From NCBI GenBank assembly GCA_965216875.1, contig OZ244207.1, positions 1,600,001 to 1,664,000 on the forward strand: a DNA stretch of 64,000 nucleotides, read 5' to 3'. Made by a program: the position numbers and the translations under genes. The stretch comes from Rubripirellula sp. (GTDB lineage: Bacteria; Planctomycetota; Planctomycetia; Pirellulales; Pirellulaceae). The notes below the pieces were generated by a model, which did not search any database, was not told the origin of the DNA, and worked only from the letters and a program-made list of their open reading frames with translations. Shown here piece after piece: positions 1 through 10,057 of this stretch (position 1 is the first letter of the stretch; every line of letters starts with the position of its first letter).

Positions 1-1068
1 GAGCGTGATGAAATCGCCTCGGCCGGCTCGAATCATCATGCCGTCGTAGAGGTTGTCGTGGAATTCGGAGTTGGAAACCTCGACCGAAGGGCTGTCGATG
101 TACGAAAGATTCAATCCGTAGAGGCCGTAGGCGATGTCTACAAACCGGAACTCGCTGAGTGATTCGTTTTCAGCGTTGTAATCGATTCCCACCCAATCTC
201 CTGCCGTGGGAGTCGCCGCAGCACTTGTGAAAACGATCGGGTCGGTTTGTGTACCGATCGCTTCAACGGACCCATTGATCAGCAGTTGCGTATCGGTTTC
301 GAACAGAAGGTTGGAGCCCGGTTCGATCTGCCAATGTTCTCCTGCGTCAACGACCACGTCGAACGTTACGGTGTAGTCGTTGCTTGGAAGCAAGCCTTCG
401 AAATGACCGCCAATCGTTCGATTTCCGGCGGTATCATCGTTGGTGACTTCGAGTGTGGCGGTATCGCTAAGGAAGCCAGTGGCCGAGGCCGTGAGATCCG
501 TTGATTGAGTGGCATCGACGAAATAGTCGTTGTGCGTCGAAACATCAACGGTGACAAACGACTGCGTCGCAGGAATGGTGACGACAGATGGGAGGGTTGC
601 CGCGGTCGTGTCTGATGACACAAGTGTGACATCCAATGCTGCGCTCAGGTCGCCATTTCGGGTGATCGTGAGCGTCGTTGCCGCGATTCCATCGGTCTCG
701 TTTACCGTGGCCGAGGCAAGGTCGACCAAGAGGGTTGCTGGGTCCGTGCCACTGGTAGGTATCGCTGATGGGGTGGATTCGGTTTGTGGTGTTGAAGCGT
801 TAACCGACGCGTCGACGCCGCTCGTGGGTGAATCAAATATCCAGGGGCCGATCGGTGAGGAATCGCTTTCGGGACCAGGCAAGTAGGGAACGCGAGTGGC
901 GTTTGCCAGATCAGTAACGTCTGTGCTTGGGGTCAGGGGGAACGCAACAGCTAGCACACGGCGGTGCTCGAGTATTTCGACTGCAAGCCTGCGCCGTTGC
1001 CGATGGGTTCGCGTGAGCGAGGATTGGGAAGGTTTGCGATGCCGCCTGGCACCCGAATGGTGATTCAT
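1..1068 (-). CDS. Large secreted/surface protein, N-terminal part (planctomycete LEPRxLL-type motif, Calx-beta-like domain, start of a beta-helix); runs off the window
   Basis: Hand-translated and open from ATG 1068 to base 1: MNHHSGARRHRKPSQSSLTRTHRQRRRLAVEILEHRRVLA..., TLTITRNGDLSAALDVTLVSSD..., GTQTDPIVFTSAAATPTAGDWVGI. Not in the ORF track because there is no stop in the window. Confidence 0.85.
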   Translation of the reverse strand, partial: MNHHSGARRHRKPSQSSLTRTHRQRRRLAVEILEHRRVLAVAFPLTPSTDVTDLANATRVPYLPGPESDSSPIGPWIFDSPTSGVDASVNASTPQTESTPSAIPTSGTDPATLLVDLASATVNETDGIAATTLTITRNGDLSAALDVTLVSSDTTAATLPSVVTIPATQSFVTVDVSTHNDYFVDATQSTDLTASATGFLSDTATLEVTNDDTAGNRTIGGHFEGLLPSNDYTVTFDVVVDAGEHWQIEPGSNLLFETDTQLLINGSVEAIGTQTDPIVFTSAAATPTAGDWVGIDYNAENESLSEFRFVDIAYGLYGLNLSYIDSPSVEVSNSEFHDNLYDGMMIRAGRGDFITL

Positions 1069-1433
1069 CTCAACGTTCCGTATGCCCCGGGGATCGAAAG
1101 TGACCAAACATTTGGGCCAACGCAGTCGGTCGCGGGTTGCACGTGTATGTCGAGGCAACGATGCGGCCAGCACGCTGGGCATGACTATAAAAAGGGGCAA
1201 AGGCAAAATGTTCAGGGCGCTTTAAAAAACACGAAAAAGTGATCCATTTGAGACGCCGCCCACTGTTCGTTTGAGCAGCAAAAACGCGTGATTCAGCCGC
1301 AGAGTGACTCGATCGCAATCAAACGTGATCGGTTCGGTGAGCCTGTTCAGGCTAAACTGGTTGCCTGCCTTACCCCATAAGGTTGCCCGCCCTTTTTCCT
1401 GCCGAAGATACCGACTCTTTCGAAGTTTGATTC

Positions 1434-4400
1434 ATGCGCATTGTTGCTTGTTTGTTGCTGACGTCATGCGTCCTCGCGCTGCCCGCGATCGGGCACGATA
1501 CGACCCGCATCGATTGGAAGACTCTCCAACTGAGCGACGAGTTCTACAGCGAAGGTGCCACGGTTGGTGACTTCAATCAGGACGGCACGCTCGACGTGGC
1601 TTCCGGTCCCTTCTGGTACCAAGGGCCTGACTTCAAGCAGTCGCATCGGTTCTACGCCCAGGATGCCTATGACCCGCACGGCTACTCGAACAACTTCTTT
1701 GCCTTCACCGAAGACTTCAACCAAGACGGTTGGGATGACATTCTTGTCTACGGTTTCCCAGGGCAAGACGCGTCGTGGTTTGAAAACCCAAAGGGAGCCG
1801 ATCGCTTTTGGCCGCGTCACAAAGTGCTGGATGTGGTCGACAACGAGTCACCGCATTTTGTTGACCTTACTGGCGACGGCCATCGCGAGATCGTCTGTAG
1901 CAGTGGCGGGTTTTTCGGATTCGCCGAAGTCAATCGGCAGGCTCCCGAGGCACCTTGGAAGTTCCGTCGCCTGTCGGACCAATCGGCAGGTGGGCGATTC
2001 ACACACGGGCTTGGTGTTGGCGATATCAATGGCGATGGTCGCAATGACCTGATCACGACAAGCGGTTGGTGGGAGCAGCCTGAATCACTCGATGGGGACC
2101 CGCAATGGAAAAAACACCCGTTTGCGTTCAGTCCGAGTTCGTCACAAATGTTTGCCTACGACATTGATGACGACGGCGACAGCGACGTGATCTGTTGCCA
2201 GAACGCACATGGCTTTGGGTTGACCTGGTTCGAACAGACGCAGTCCGACGCTGGCGATGTCACATTCAAGAAGCATGTGATCATGGGATCCAAGCCGTCG
2301 GAAAACGAGTTCGGCGTCGTCTTTTCTCAACTGCACGCGGTTGAGTTGGTCGACATCAACGGCGATGGACTCAAAGACATCCTGACGGGCAAACGCCACT
2401 GGGCACACGGCCCTCGCGGCGATACTCAGCCGAACCATCCCGCCGTGGTGTACTGGTTCGAGCTAACACGAACCGACAAGGGAGTCCGTTGGATCCCACA
2501 TTTGATTGACGATGCCTCGGGTGTTGGAACGGAAGTTGACTTCGCCGACATCAACAAAGATGGCGCGGTCGATGTGGTGGTGGGGAACAAAAAGGGAACC
2601 TTCGTTCACCTGCAAAATCGCAAAACGGTTTCGATGCACGAGGGGCATCGAGATCGGTTGGTCGATCAGGCAACCAAAGCCAAGGCAGTGAGCACTGGCT
2701 TGCCGCCGAACGCGGGGCTGACACCTGAGGAAGCGGCCAAAGCGATCACGGTACCTGACGGGTTTAGCGTTCAGCTTGCCGCGGGTGAACCGATGATTCA
2801 TCAACCGATCGCAATGACATTTGATCACCGTGGTCGGCTTTGGGTCGCCGAAGCGCATACCTATCCGATTCGAGCCGAAGAGGGTGGCGGTGAAGACAAG
2901 ATCATCATCCTTGAAGACACCGACCAAGATGGCGACTTTGATAAACGCACTGTTTTTACAGAAGGTTTGAACCTCGTCAGCGGACTTGAAGTCGGCTTCG
3001 GTGGCGTTTGGGTTGGCGCGGCACCTTATCTCATGTTCATCCCAGATCGCGACAGTGATGATCGTCCCGATGGGGAACCTGAAATACTGCTTGATGGATT
3101 CGGATACCAAGACACCCACGAAACGCTCAACGCATTCATCTGGGGACCTGACGGTTGGCTGTACGGGTGTCATGGCGTCTTCACTCATTCAAAAGTTGGC
3201 AAGCCGGGGACACCCGACGAAGAACGCGTGCCAATGAATTGCGCGGTTTGGCGTTATCACCCGATCCGGCATGAGTTCGATATCTTTTCGCGAGGAACGA
3301 GCAATCCGTGGGGCGTCGACTTCAACGACTACGGGCAAGCCTTCATCACCGCGTGTGTGATTCCACACATGTACCACGTGATACAAGGGGCTCGTTATCA
3401 GCGTCAGGGCGGCCGGCACTTTAACCCCCATATCTACGAAGACATCAAGACGATTGCCGACCATGCTCACTACGCGGGCAACATCCGCGATCACGCGTGG
3501 TGGGGCAGAAACGAATCAGTCGAGTCGCACGGTACGCACGAAGCGGGCGGTGGCCACGCACACTGTGGCGCGATGGTCTATTTGGGAAACAACTGGCCGC
3601 GCGAATATCGAAACTCGATCTTCATGACCAATCTGCTTGGCAACCGCATCAACAACGAAAAGCTGCGCCGCGTCGGGAGTGGCTATGTCGCCTCACATGG
3701 AAACGATCTGCTATTTGCCAACGACCTTTGGTTTCGATGCATCAATCAAAAGTACGCTCCCGACGGAAGCGTCTACATGATCGACTGGTACGACAAGAAT
3801 GCCTGCCATCGACGCGACAAGGAACTGTGGGACCGAACCAACGGACGTGTCTACCAAGTGCGCTACGGCACGCCAAACACGATTTCGGTCGACCTGTCGT
3901 CTTTGACCGATGCCGAGCTTGTTGAATTTCAGCTACACGAGAACGAATGGCAAGTTCGAATGGCGCGTCGCATCCTGCAAGAACGCGCCGCGGCTGGAAA
4001 GATCAACCGCGACGCGGTTGCCAAACGGTTACGGCAGATCGCACATGATCATGAGGATGTTCCGCAGCGGCTTCGGGGCGTGTGGGCATTACACGCTTGT
4101 GATTTGCTGAGTGACTCGGATATCGCCAAGCTCTTGGAAGCGAAGGGGCACAAGTCGGAATACTTGCGTGCTTGGGCGATCCAGTTGGACATGGAAGATG
4201 GGTCCACCGAAGAAGGCGAAACGTACGTCGCCCTTGCTAACCGCGATCAATCGCAACTGGTTCGTTTGTACCTTGCGTCGGCACTGCAACGTTTGCCGAT
4301 CGCAGAACGTTGGCAGCTAGCGTCGGCACTGCTGAGGCACGGCGATGACGCGGGCGATCACAACTTGCCGCTGATGTACTGGTACGGAATCGAACCGATG

Positions 4401-6086
4401 GTGGTTGCCGACACGGATCGGGCATTGCAGTTGGCTGCAAAATCAGCGGTACCGAAAGTGCGGCAGTTCATCTACCGACGGGCTGCCGCCGATTCTCAAG
4501 CGATTGATCGCTTGTTGGTGGGACTCGGTCAAGTTGCGGACGATTCGCTGCGCAAAGTGATTCTCGGCGAAATCACGGCGGCAATCAGCAAACAGGGGCG
4601 GTTGAAGATGCCCAAGGAATGGCCAGGCGTGTATCAGACGTTGGCCTCGAGCGGTGACGAAACGGTTCGCCAACAAGCTCAGTTGATCACGGTGAAATTC
4701 GGTGACTCTTCGATCTTTCCGACACTGCGAACGATCGTTGGCGACAAAGGCGGCAAACTTGCTGCTCGGCAAAGTGCACTCGAGGCATTGCTTGCCGGAC
4801 GTGATGGTGAGCTTGTTCCGACGCTATTGGATTTGCTCGAGGAGCCGGCACTTCGATCGCAGGCATTGCGAGGCTTGGCCAACTACTCCGACGAGCGAGT
4901 TGGCCGACGGATCTTGGCAGGTTATGGATCGTTTACTGACGAGCAGAAGGAAGATGCCGTTGCGACTTTGACATCCCGCGCGAGCTATGCCAATGAGTTG
5001 TTGGACGCGATTGAAAAGAAAGAAGTTGCGCAAAGCGACCTGTCTGCGTTTCATGTCCGCCAGCTTTCTTTGTTGAACGATCCCACCTTGGTGGAAAAGG
5101 TCAATCGTGTGTGGGGATTGATGAGGCGTACCCCGGATGAAAAACGCAAGCATATCGCCCAGCTGAAGGGGCGTCTCGGTCCCAAGGCGATGGTATCAGC
5201 CGATCTGTCGCATGGCCGGGTGATCTATGAAAAGACTTGTGGCAAGTGCCACAAGTTGTTCGGGGCAGGTGGTGATATCGGCCCGGACATTACCGGGTCG
5301 AATCGGGCGGATCTCGATTACACGCTCCAGAACATCATCGATCCAAACGCATTGATCGGCAAAGAGTACCAGTCGACCCAGATCCTGACGTTCGATGGAC
5401 GAGTGATCACCGGTTTGTTGAAGGAAGAGAACGACTCAGCTGTGGTGATCCAGACGGCCAACGAGAAACTTGTCGTCGACAAAGAGGACATTGAACAACG
5501 GCGGCTTTCAAAGACCTCGGTGATGCCGGAAGGGCAGATCGATCAAATGAAGCCGAAAGAAGTTCGCGATCTGATTGCCTATTTAGCAAGTCCATCGCAG
5601 GTGCCGTTGCCAGGAGCGGGACCGGTGATGAACAGCAATGGTCAAGTCAACGGCGGGATCGAAGGCGAGTCGCTGAAGGCGATTGGCAAGGTCGCCGGTA
5701 ACGCACGTCCACAAGGAATGCAGAACTTTTCTGGTGGCAAATGGAGCGGGGGAACGCATCTTTGGTGGACGGGTGCCAAGGTCGGTGACAAGCTGAGTCT
5801 TGCTGTGCCCGTGGACGAACCGGGCGAATACGAGGTCTTCGTGGGGCTGACCAAAGCCCGCGACTATGGCATGGTTTCGATGACCGTCAACGGTGCTGGC
5901 TCGGGCGTTCCGGTCGACCTGTATGACCCAGAAGTCGTCACCACCGGACCGATTTCACTGGGGACGCACTCACTAAGTAAGGGCGACAATCGATTGGTCA
6001 TCGAGATCACAGGAGCCAATTCGAAGGCGGTCAAGGCCTACATGTTTGGGCTCGACTACGTCTATTTGGGCACCGCGAAGCGATAG
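1434..6086 (+). CDS. PVC-type heme-binding CxxCH protein: FG-GAP/VCBS repeats, putative membrane-bound dehydrogenase beta-propeller, HEAT-like repeats, cytochrome c and C-terminal beta-sandwich
   Basis: 1550 aa with signal peptide; repeated GDFNQDG/GDINGDG/DINKDG motifs; PDGFSVQLAAGEP..QPIAMTFDHRGRLWVAE; CGKCH..GPDITG; SVMPEG. Confidence 0.9.
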   Translation: MRIVACLLLTSCVLALPAIGHDTTRIDWKTLQLSDEFYSEGATVGDFNQDGTLDVASGPFWYQGPDFKQSHRFYAQDAYDPHGYSNNFFAFTEDFNQDGWDDILVYGFPGQDASWFENPKGADRFWPRHKVLDVVDNESPHFVDLTGDGHREIVCSSGGFFGFAEVNRQAPEAPWKFRRLSDQSAGGRFTHGLGVGDINGDGRNDLITTSGWWEQPESLDGDPQWKKHPFAFSPSSSQMFAYDIDDDGDSDVICCQNAHGFGLTWFEQTQSDAGDVTFKKHVIMGSKPSENEFGVVFSQLHAVELVDINGDGLKDILTGKRHWAHGPRGDTQPNHPAVVYWFELTRTDKGVRWIPHLIDDASGVGTEVDFADINKDGAVDVVVGNKKGTFVHLQNRKTVSMHEGHRDRLVDQATKAKAVSTGLPPNAGLTPEEAAKAITVPDGFSVQLAAGEPMIHQPIAMTFDHRGRLWVAEAHTYPIRAEEGGGEDKIIILEDTDQDGDFDKRTVFTEGLNLVSGLEVGFGGVWVGAAPYLMFIPDRDSDDRPDGEPEILLDGFGYQDTHETLNAFIWGPDGWLYGCHGVFTHSKVGKPGTPDEERVPMNCAVWRYHPIRHEFDIFSRGTSNPWGVDFNDYGQAFITACVIPHMYHVIQGARYQRQGGRHFNPHIYEDIKTIADHAHYAGNIRDHAWWGRNESVESHGTHEAGGGHAHCGAMVYLGNNWPREYRNSIFMTNLLGNRINNEKLRRVGSGYVASHGNDLLFANDLWFRCINQKYAPDGSVYMIDWYDKNACHRRDKELWDRTNGRVYQVRYGTPNTISVDLSSLTDAELVEFQLHENEWQVRMARRILQERAAAGKINRDAVAKRLRQIAHDHEDVPQRLRGVWALHACDLLSDSDIAKLLEAKGHKSEYLRAWAIQLDMEDGSTEEGETYVALANRDQSQLVRLYLASALQRLPIAERWQLASALLRHGDDAGDHNLPLMYWYGIEPMVVADTDRALQLAAKSAVPKVRQFIYRRAAADSQAIDRLLVGLGQVADDSLRKVILGEITAAISKQGRLKMPKEWPGVYQTLASSGDETVRQQAQLITVKFGDSSIFPTLRTIVGDKGGKLAARQSALEALLAGRDGELVPTLLDLLEEPALRSQALRGLANYSDERVGRRILAGYGSFTDEQKEDAVATLTSRASYANELLDAIEKKEVAQSDLSAFHVRQLSLLNDPTLVEKVNRVWGLMRRTPDEKRKHIAQLKGRLGPKAMVSADLSHGRVIYEKTCGKCHKLFGAGGDIGPDITGSNRADLDYTLQNIIDPNALIGKEYQSTQILTFDGRVITGLLKEENDSAVVIQTANEKLVVDKEDIEQRRLSKTSVMPEGQIDQMKPKEVRDLIAYLASPSQVPLPGAGPVMNSNGQVNGGIEGESLKAIGKVAGNARPQGMQNFSGGKWSGGTHLWWTGAKVGDKLSLAVPVDEPGEYEVFVGLTKARDYGMVSMTVNGAGSGVPVDLYDPEVVTTGPISLGTHSLSKGDNRLVIEITGANSKAVKAYMFGLDYVYLGTAKR

Positions 6087-6627
6087 TATTTGGGCACGCC
6101 GAGCACTAGGTCGCAATGCGGAGATCGACCCCAATGAAGGGCCCTAGCGTGGCTTGAGCCTCCTGCGCTGAGGATGTGAAACGCGCGGAGGGCCAGGATG
6201 GGACGATTTGTGCGATATTCTCGGGCTATCAAGGGCCCGTTCGTCATTGACCGCAGCGGCATCGACAAATACATTTAGCCGCGAAAAGACGTGTATTTGG
6301 GTCTGCCTGTGTTATCAAACATCAAAGTGGCGGACCTCTTTTCGCGTGATTGACCAGTTTGTTGCCGCCGCGACCCTGGCGAGTCTTTGCAGGGTTGGCC
6401 GAGCCAATGCCTACCTGTACAGCTTGTCCAAGGGCAACAAGGTCACGACCACGTTTGGGTGGACGACTGTCTTGGCAGGGGTTTTCGACCGAGATTGAAT
6501 CGGGTTCGAAGACCGCACTGCACCGCATTGGTAACCGTACCGGGCGGAGAGAGTTCGCACTTAGCACGCTTTTCCAGTGAACAATCCATTACCCATCACA
6601 AATCAAACGGTGTCCTAGAGAGCGACC

Positions 6628-9279
6628 ATGGCCAAGAAAGCTGCTGCCGCAAAGATGGTTTATTACTTCGGTAAGACCAAGACCGAAGGCAAAGGAAAAG
6701 AAAAAGCCCTGCTGGGCGGTAAAGGTGTCAACCTTGCCGAAATGACCAGCATCGGACTCCCTGTCCCTCCCGGATTCACGATCACAACCGAAGTCTGTGA
6801 CGCCTACTACAAGTCGGGCAAGAAACTGCCCAAGGGCTTGATGGATGAAGTCAACAAAGCAGTCGCAACGCTCGAGAAAGAGCTCAAGAAGAATTTCAGC
6901 GACGACTCGAACCCACTGTTGGTGAGTGTTCGATCGGGTGCAGCTGTCAGCATGCCTGGCATGATGAACACGATCCTGAACCTCGGCCTGAACGACAAGT
7001 CGACTGCGGGCTTGGCAAAGGCAACCAAGAACGAGCGTTTTGCTTACGACGCCTACCGTCGTTTGATCAACATGTTCGGTGACGTGGTTGCAGGCGTGGA
7101 TCACCACGAATTCGAAAAGGCCTTCGACAAGATCAAGAAGAAGTACAAGGTCACCGAAGACACTGATGTCCCTGCGGAAGGACTCAAGCAACTTTGCGAA
7201 GACTACAAGGCGGTTTACAAGAAGCACGCCAAGGCAGACTTCCCGCAAAACCCGATCAAGCAACTTGAGCTTTCGATCGAAGCCGTCTTCGGTTCGTGGA
7301 ACACCACGCGTGCGGTTCAATACCGTGAAATCGAAGGCATCCGTGGCTTGCTTGGAACCGCCGTCAACGTCCAGTCAATGGTTTACGGCAACATGGGCGA
7401 CGACTCGGGAACGGGTGTTGCCTTCACGCGTAACCCCAACACCGGCGAAAACAAGTTCTTTGGCGAGTTCTTGATCAACGCTCAAGGTGAAGACGTTGTT
7501 GCTGGTATTCGTACTCCACAACACGTTTCGGAGATGCCCAAGTGGAACCGCAAGGTTCACAAAGAGCTTCTGGGTATTAAGAAGACGCTCGAGGATCACT
7601 ACGCCGAAATGCAGGACATCGAGTTCACGATTGAACGCGGTACCCTCTACATGCTGCAAACGCGTACCGGTAAGCGAACCGGTATCGCCGCAGTGAAGAT
7701 CGCCTGCGACATGGTCAAGGAAAAGCTGATCGACACCAAAGAGGCTGTCCTTCGCGTTCCTGCAAACGACTTGACCCAGTTGTTGCTGCCTAGCTTCAAG
7801 CCAACCGCTCGCAACGCCGCCGACGTGCTGACTCGCGGTTTGAATGCCTCACCAGGTGCTGCGGTTGGTAAGCTCGCCTTCAGTGCTGACGAAGCTCAAG
7901 AGCGAGCTGCCGAAGGCGAATCCGTCATCTTGGTTCGTAAAGAAACGAGTCCAGAAGACGTTGCTGGTATGCACGCTGCCTCGGGCATTTTGACCAGCAC
8001 CGGTGGTGCAACCAGCCACGCTGCTGTGGTTGCTCGCGGTTGGGGCAAGTGCTGCGTCGCGGGTGCCGGAGCGATCCAAATCAACGAAAAAGGTCGCAAG
8101 ATCACCGTTGATGGTCGTACCTTTGGACCCAATGACACGATCAGCCTTGATGGCACGACCGGTGACGTGATGGTCGGTTCGGTCGAAACACAAGAAGCCA
8201 AGCTGGGCGGCGACTTCGCCAAGCTGATGAAGTGGGCCGATGAATTCCGTCGCCTCGATGTTCGCACCAACGCGGAATCGCCAGCCGACTCAAAGCGTGC
8301 TCGCGACTTCGGTGCTCAAGGTATCGGCCTTTGCCGTACTGAGCACATGTTCTTCGAGGAAGGCCGCATCATTCACATGCGTGCAATGATCCTTGCCGAA
8401 AACGAGAAGGATCGCCGTGCCGCACTGAAGAAGTTGTTGCCGATCCAGCGCAAAGACTTCGAAGGCATCTTCAAAGCCATGAACGGTCTGCCTGTGACCA
8501 TTCGTTTGTTGGATCCACCACTTCACGAGTTCTTGCCACACGACAAGGCTTCGCAGAAGGAATTGGCGGAAGAGCTTGGCGTCAAGGTTGCCGAAATCGA
8601 CAAGCGTTCAAAGGCTCTGCACGAGTCGAACCCAATGCTTGGTCACCGTGGTTGCCGCCTGAGCGTGACGTACCCTGAAATCCTCGAGATGCAGGTTCGT
8701 GCGATCGTCGAAGCCGCAATCAATTGCTCGAAGAAGAAGATCAAGGCTCAGCCTGAGATCATGATTCCATTGGTCGGTACTGCTGCCGAACTCGAATTGC
8801 TCCGTGGCAAGGTTGAGGAAACCATCGAGGAAGTCAAGACTGCCAAGAAGCACACTGGCAAGTTGGACATCCTGATCGGAACGATGATTGAGATTCCACG
8901 TGCTGCGTTGACCGCAGACGAAGTGGCTGAACACGCCGACTTCTTCAGCTTCGGCACGAACGACTTGACTCAGATGGCGTTTGGCTACAGCCGTGACGAC
9001 ATCAACACGTTCTTGCCTGACTACTTGGCACAGGACATCTTGCACGTTGACCCGTTCCAATCGCTTGACCAAACCGGTGTTGGTCAACTGGTCGAGATGG
9101 GCGTCCAAAAGGGCCGCAGCACCAAGCCGAAGCTCAAGATCGGTATCTGCGGCGAACACGGCGGCGAGCCAAACTCGGTCGACTTCTGTCACCGAGTCGG
9201 ATTGGACTACGTCAGCTGCAGTCCGTTCCGCGTGCCAATCGCCCGCTTGGCTGCTGCACAAGCCGCATTGCGAAAGTAG
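6628..9279 (+). CDS. ppdK: Pyruvate, phosphate dikinase
   Basis: LLGGKGVNLAEM, LLVSVRSGAAVSMPGMMNTILNLG, GGATSHAAVVARG (phospho-His), GIGLCRTEHMF, FFSFGTNDLTQ, GICGEHGG. Confidence 0.98.
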   Translation: MAKKAAAAKMVYYFGKTKTEGKGKEKALLGGKGVNLAEMTSIGLPVPPGFTITTEVCDAYYKSGKKLPKGLMDEVNKAVATLEKELKKNFSDDSNPLLVSVRSGAAVSMPGMMNTILNLGLNDKSTAGLAKATKNERFAYDAYRRLINMFGDVVAGVDHHEFEKAFDKIKKKYKVTEDTDVPAEGLKQLCEDYKAVYKKHAKADFPQNPIKQLELSIEAVFGSWNTTRAVQYREIEGIRGLLGTAVNVQSMVYGNMGDDSGTGVAFTRNPNTGENKFFGEFLINAQGEDVVAGIRTPQHVSEMPKWNRKVHKELLGIKKTLEDHYAEMQDIEFTIERGTLYMLQTRTGKRTGIAAVKIACDMVKEKLIDTKEAVLRVPANDLTQLLLPSFKPTARNAADVLTRGLNASPGAAVGKLAFSADEAQERAAEGESVILVRKETSPEDVAGMHAASGILTSTGGATSHAAVVARGWGKCCVAGAGAIQINEKGRKITVDGRTFGPNDTISLDGTTGDVMVGSVETQEAKLGGDFAKLMKWADEFRRLDVRTNAESPADSKRARDFGAQGIGLCRTEHMFFEEGRIIHMRAMILAENEKDRRAALKKLLPIQRKDFEGIFKAMNGLPVTIRLLDPPLHEFLPHDKASQKELAEELGVKVAEIDKRSKALHESNPMLGHRGCRLSVTYPEILEMQVRAIVEAAINCSKKKIKAQPEIMIPLVGTAAELELLRGKVEETIEEVKTAKKHTGKLDILIGTMIEIPRAALTADEVAEHADFFSFGTNDLTQMAFGYSRDDINTFLPDYLAQDILHVDPFQSLDQTGVGQLVEMGVQKGRSTKPKLKIGICGEHGGEPNSVDFCHRVGLDYVSCSPFRVPIARLAAAQAALRK

Positions 9280-9336
9280 CAACGGCTGTGCTGCGTTGCA
9301 CGTAGCACGCTGAATTCACTTATTGCGACGAATCAA

Positions 9337-9382
9337 AGCGGGCACCGTGAAAACTGTTGAGAGACGGTTTTCGGTGCCCGCT
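9337..9382 (+). terminator. Stem-loop after ppdK (probable terminator or mRNA-stabilising hairpin)
   Basis: AGCGGGCACCG..AAAAC / GTTTT CGGTGCCCGCT inverted repeat; the U-tract is weak. Confidence 0.55.
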
Positions 9383-9474
9383 CGTTCGTAGCAACCCAAC
9401 TTCTTACAAAGACATCCAGCTGGCCCCAAACGATTCGTCTGTCTAAGGGGGCGGCAAAATCAACGGCGAAAGCG

Positions 9475-9813
9475 ATGGCTGAGATTCACGTCAAATACAA
9501 CGAAGTCGAAAAACTGATCGACGACGAGAAGTTCGAGGAAGCGATTGAGGGGCTCAAGGCCATCGTCGAAGAAGATGCCAGCTACGTTCTGGCACACCTC
9601 GCTCTTGCTCGTGTTTACACAAAAACGGGCGAACACGATCTTGCGATCACGCACGGCGAAAAGGCTTGTGAGCTCGAGCCGACTGATCCGTTCAACTTCA
9701 CCGCGATGAGTGTTACCTATCAACGTGCTTGGGCGGGTACTCAAGAGCAGCAGTACATTGCCAAGGCGGAAGAGGCGATGGCGCGAGCTCAGATGCTGCA
9801 GTCGCAGCAGTAG
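9475..9813 (+). CDS. Small TPR-repeat (scaffolding-type) protein
   Basis: 112 aa; FEEAIEGLKAIVEEDASYVLAHLALARVY..HGEKACELEP TPR pattern. Confidence 0.85.
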   Translation: MAEIHVKYNEVEKLIDDEKFEEAIEGLKAIVEEDASYVLAHLALARVYTKTGEHDLAITHGEKACELEPTDPFNFTAMSVTYQRAWAGTQEQQYIAKAEEAMARAQMLQSQQ

Positions 9814-10057
9814 CGATACGGGAAACCGTACCCGAGTGGCTCGAAGGAGTGCGGCTATCGGTCGCAACTCCTGTGCACTCGAGGGTTTACGGCTCCCCCG
9901 TGAAGGCTGGTTTGAGGCCTGCAGAGGCTACTTTTACATCCCTATTACATAGCTTGGCCTTGCTTGAGACAGAGCAAATCGCTTAGTCCCCTAAACTTTG
10001 GACGTCCATTCGGCAGAGGATGCCGAAGACGCAACACTTCAAAACTGGAATTCGCAA

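Noticed and set aside
6208..6674. Short ORFs in the ppdK upstream gap
   Set aside because: Mutually overlapping, with no recognisable motif or convincing RBS.
6589..9282. Long antisense ORFs over ppdK (243 aa, 224 aa)
   Set aside because: Expected shadows from the strong codon bias of ppdK.
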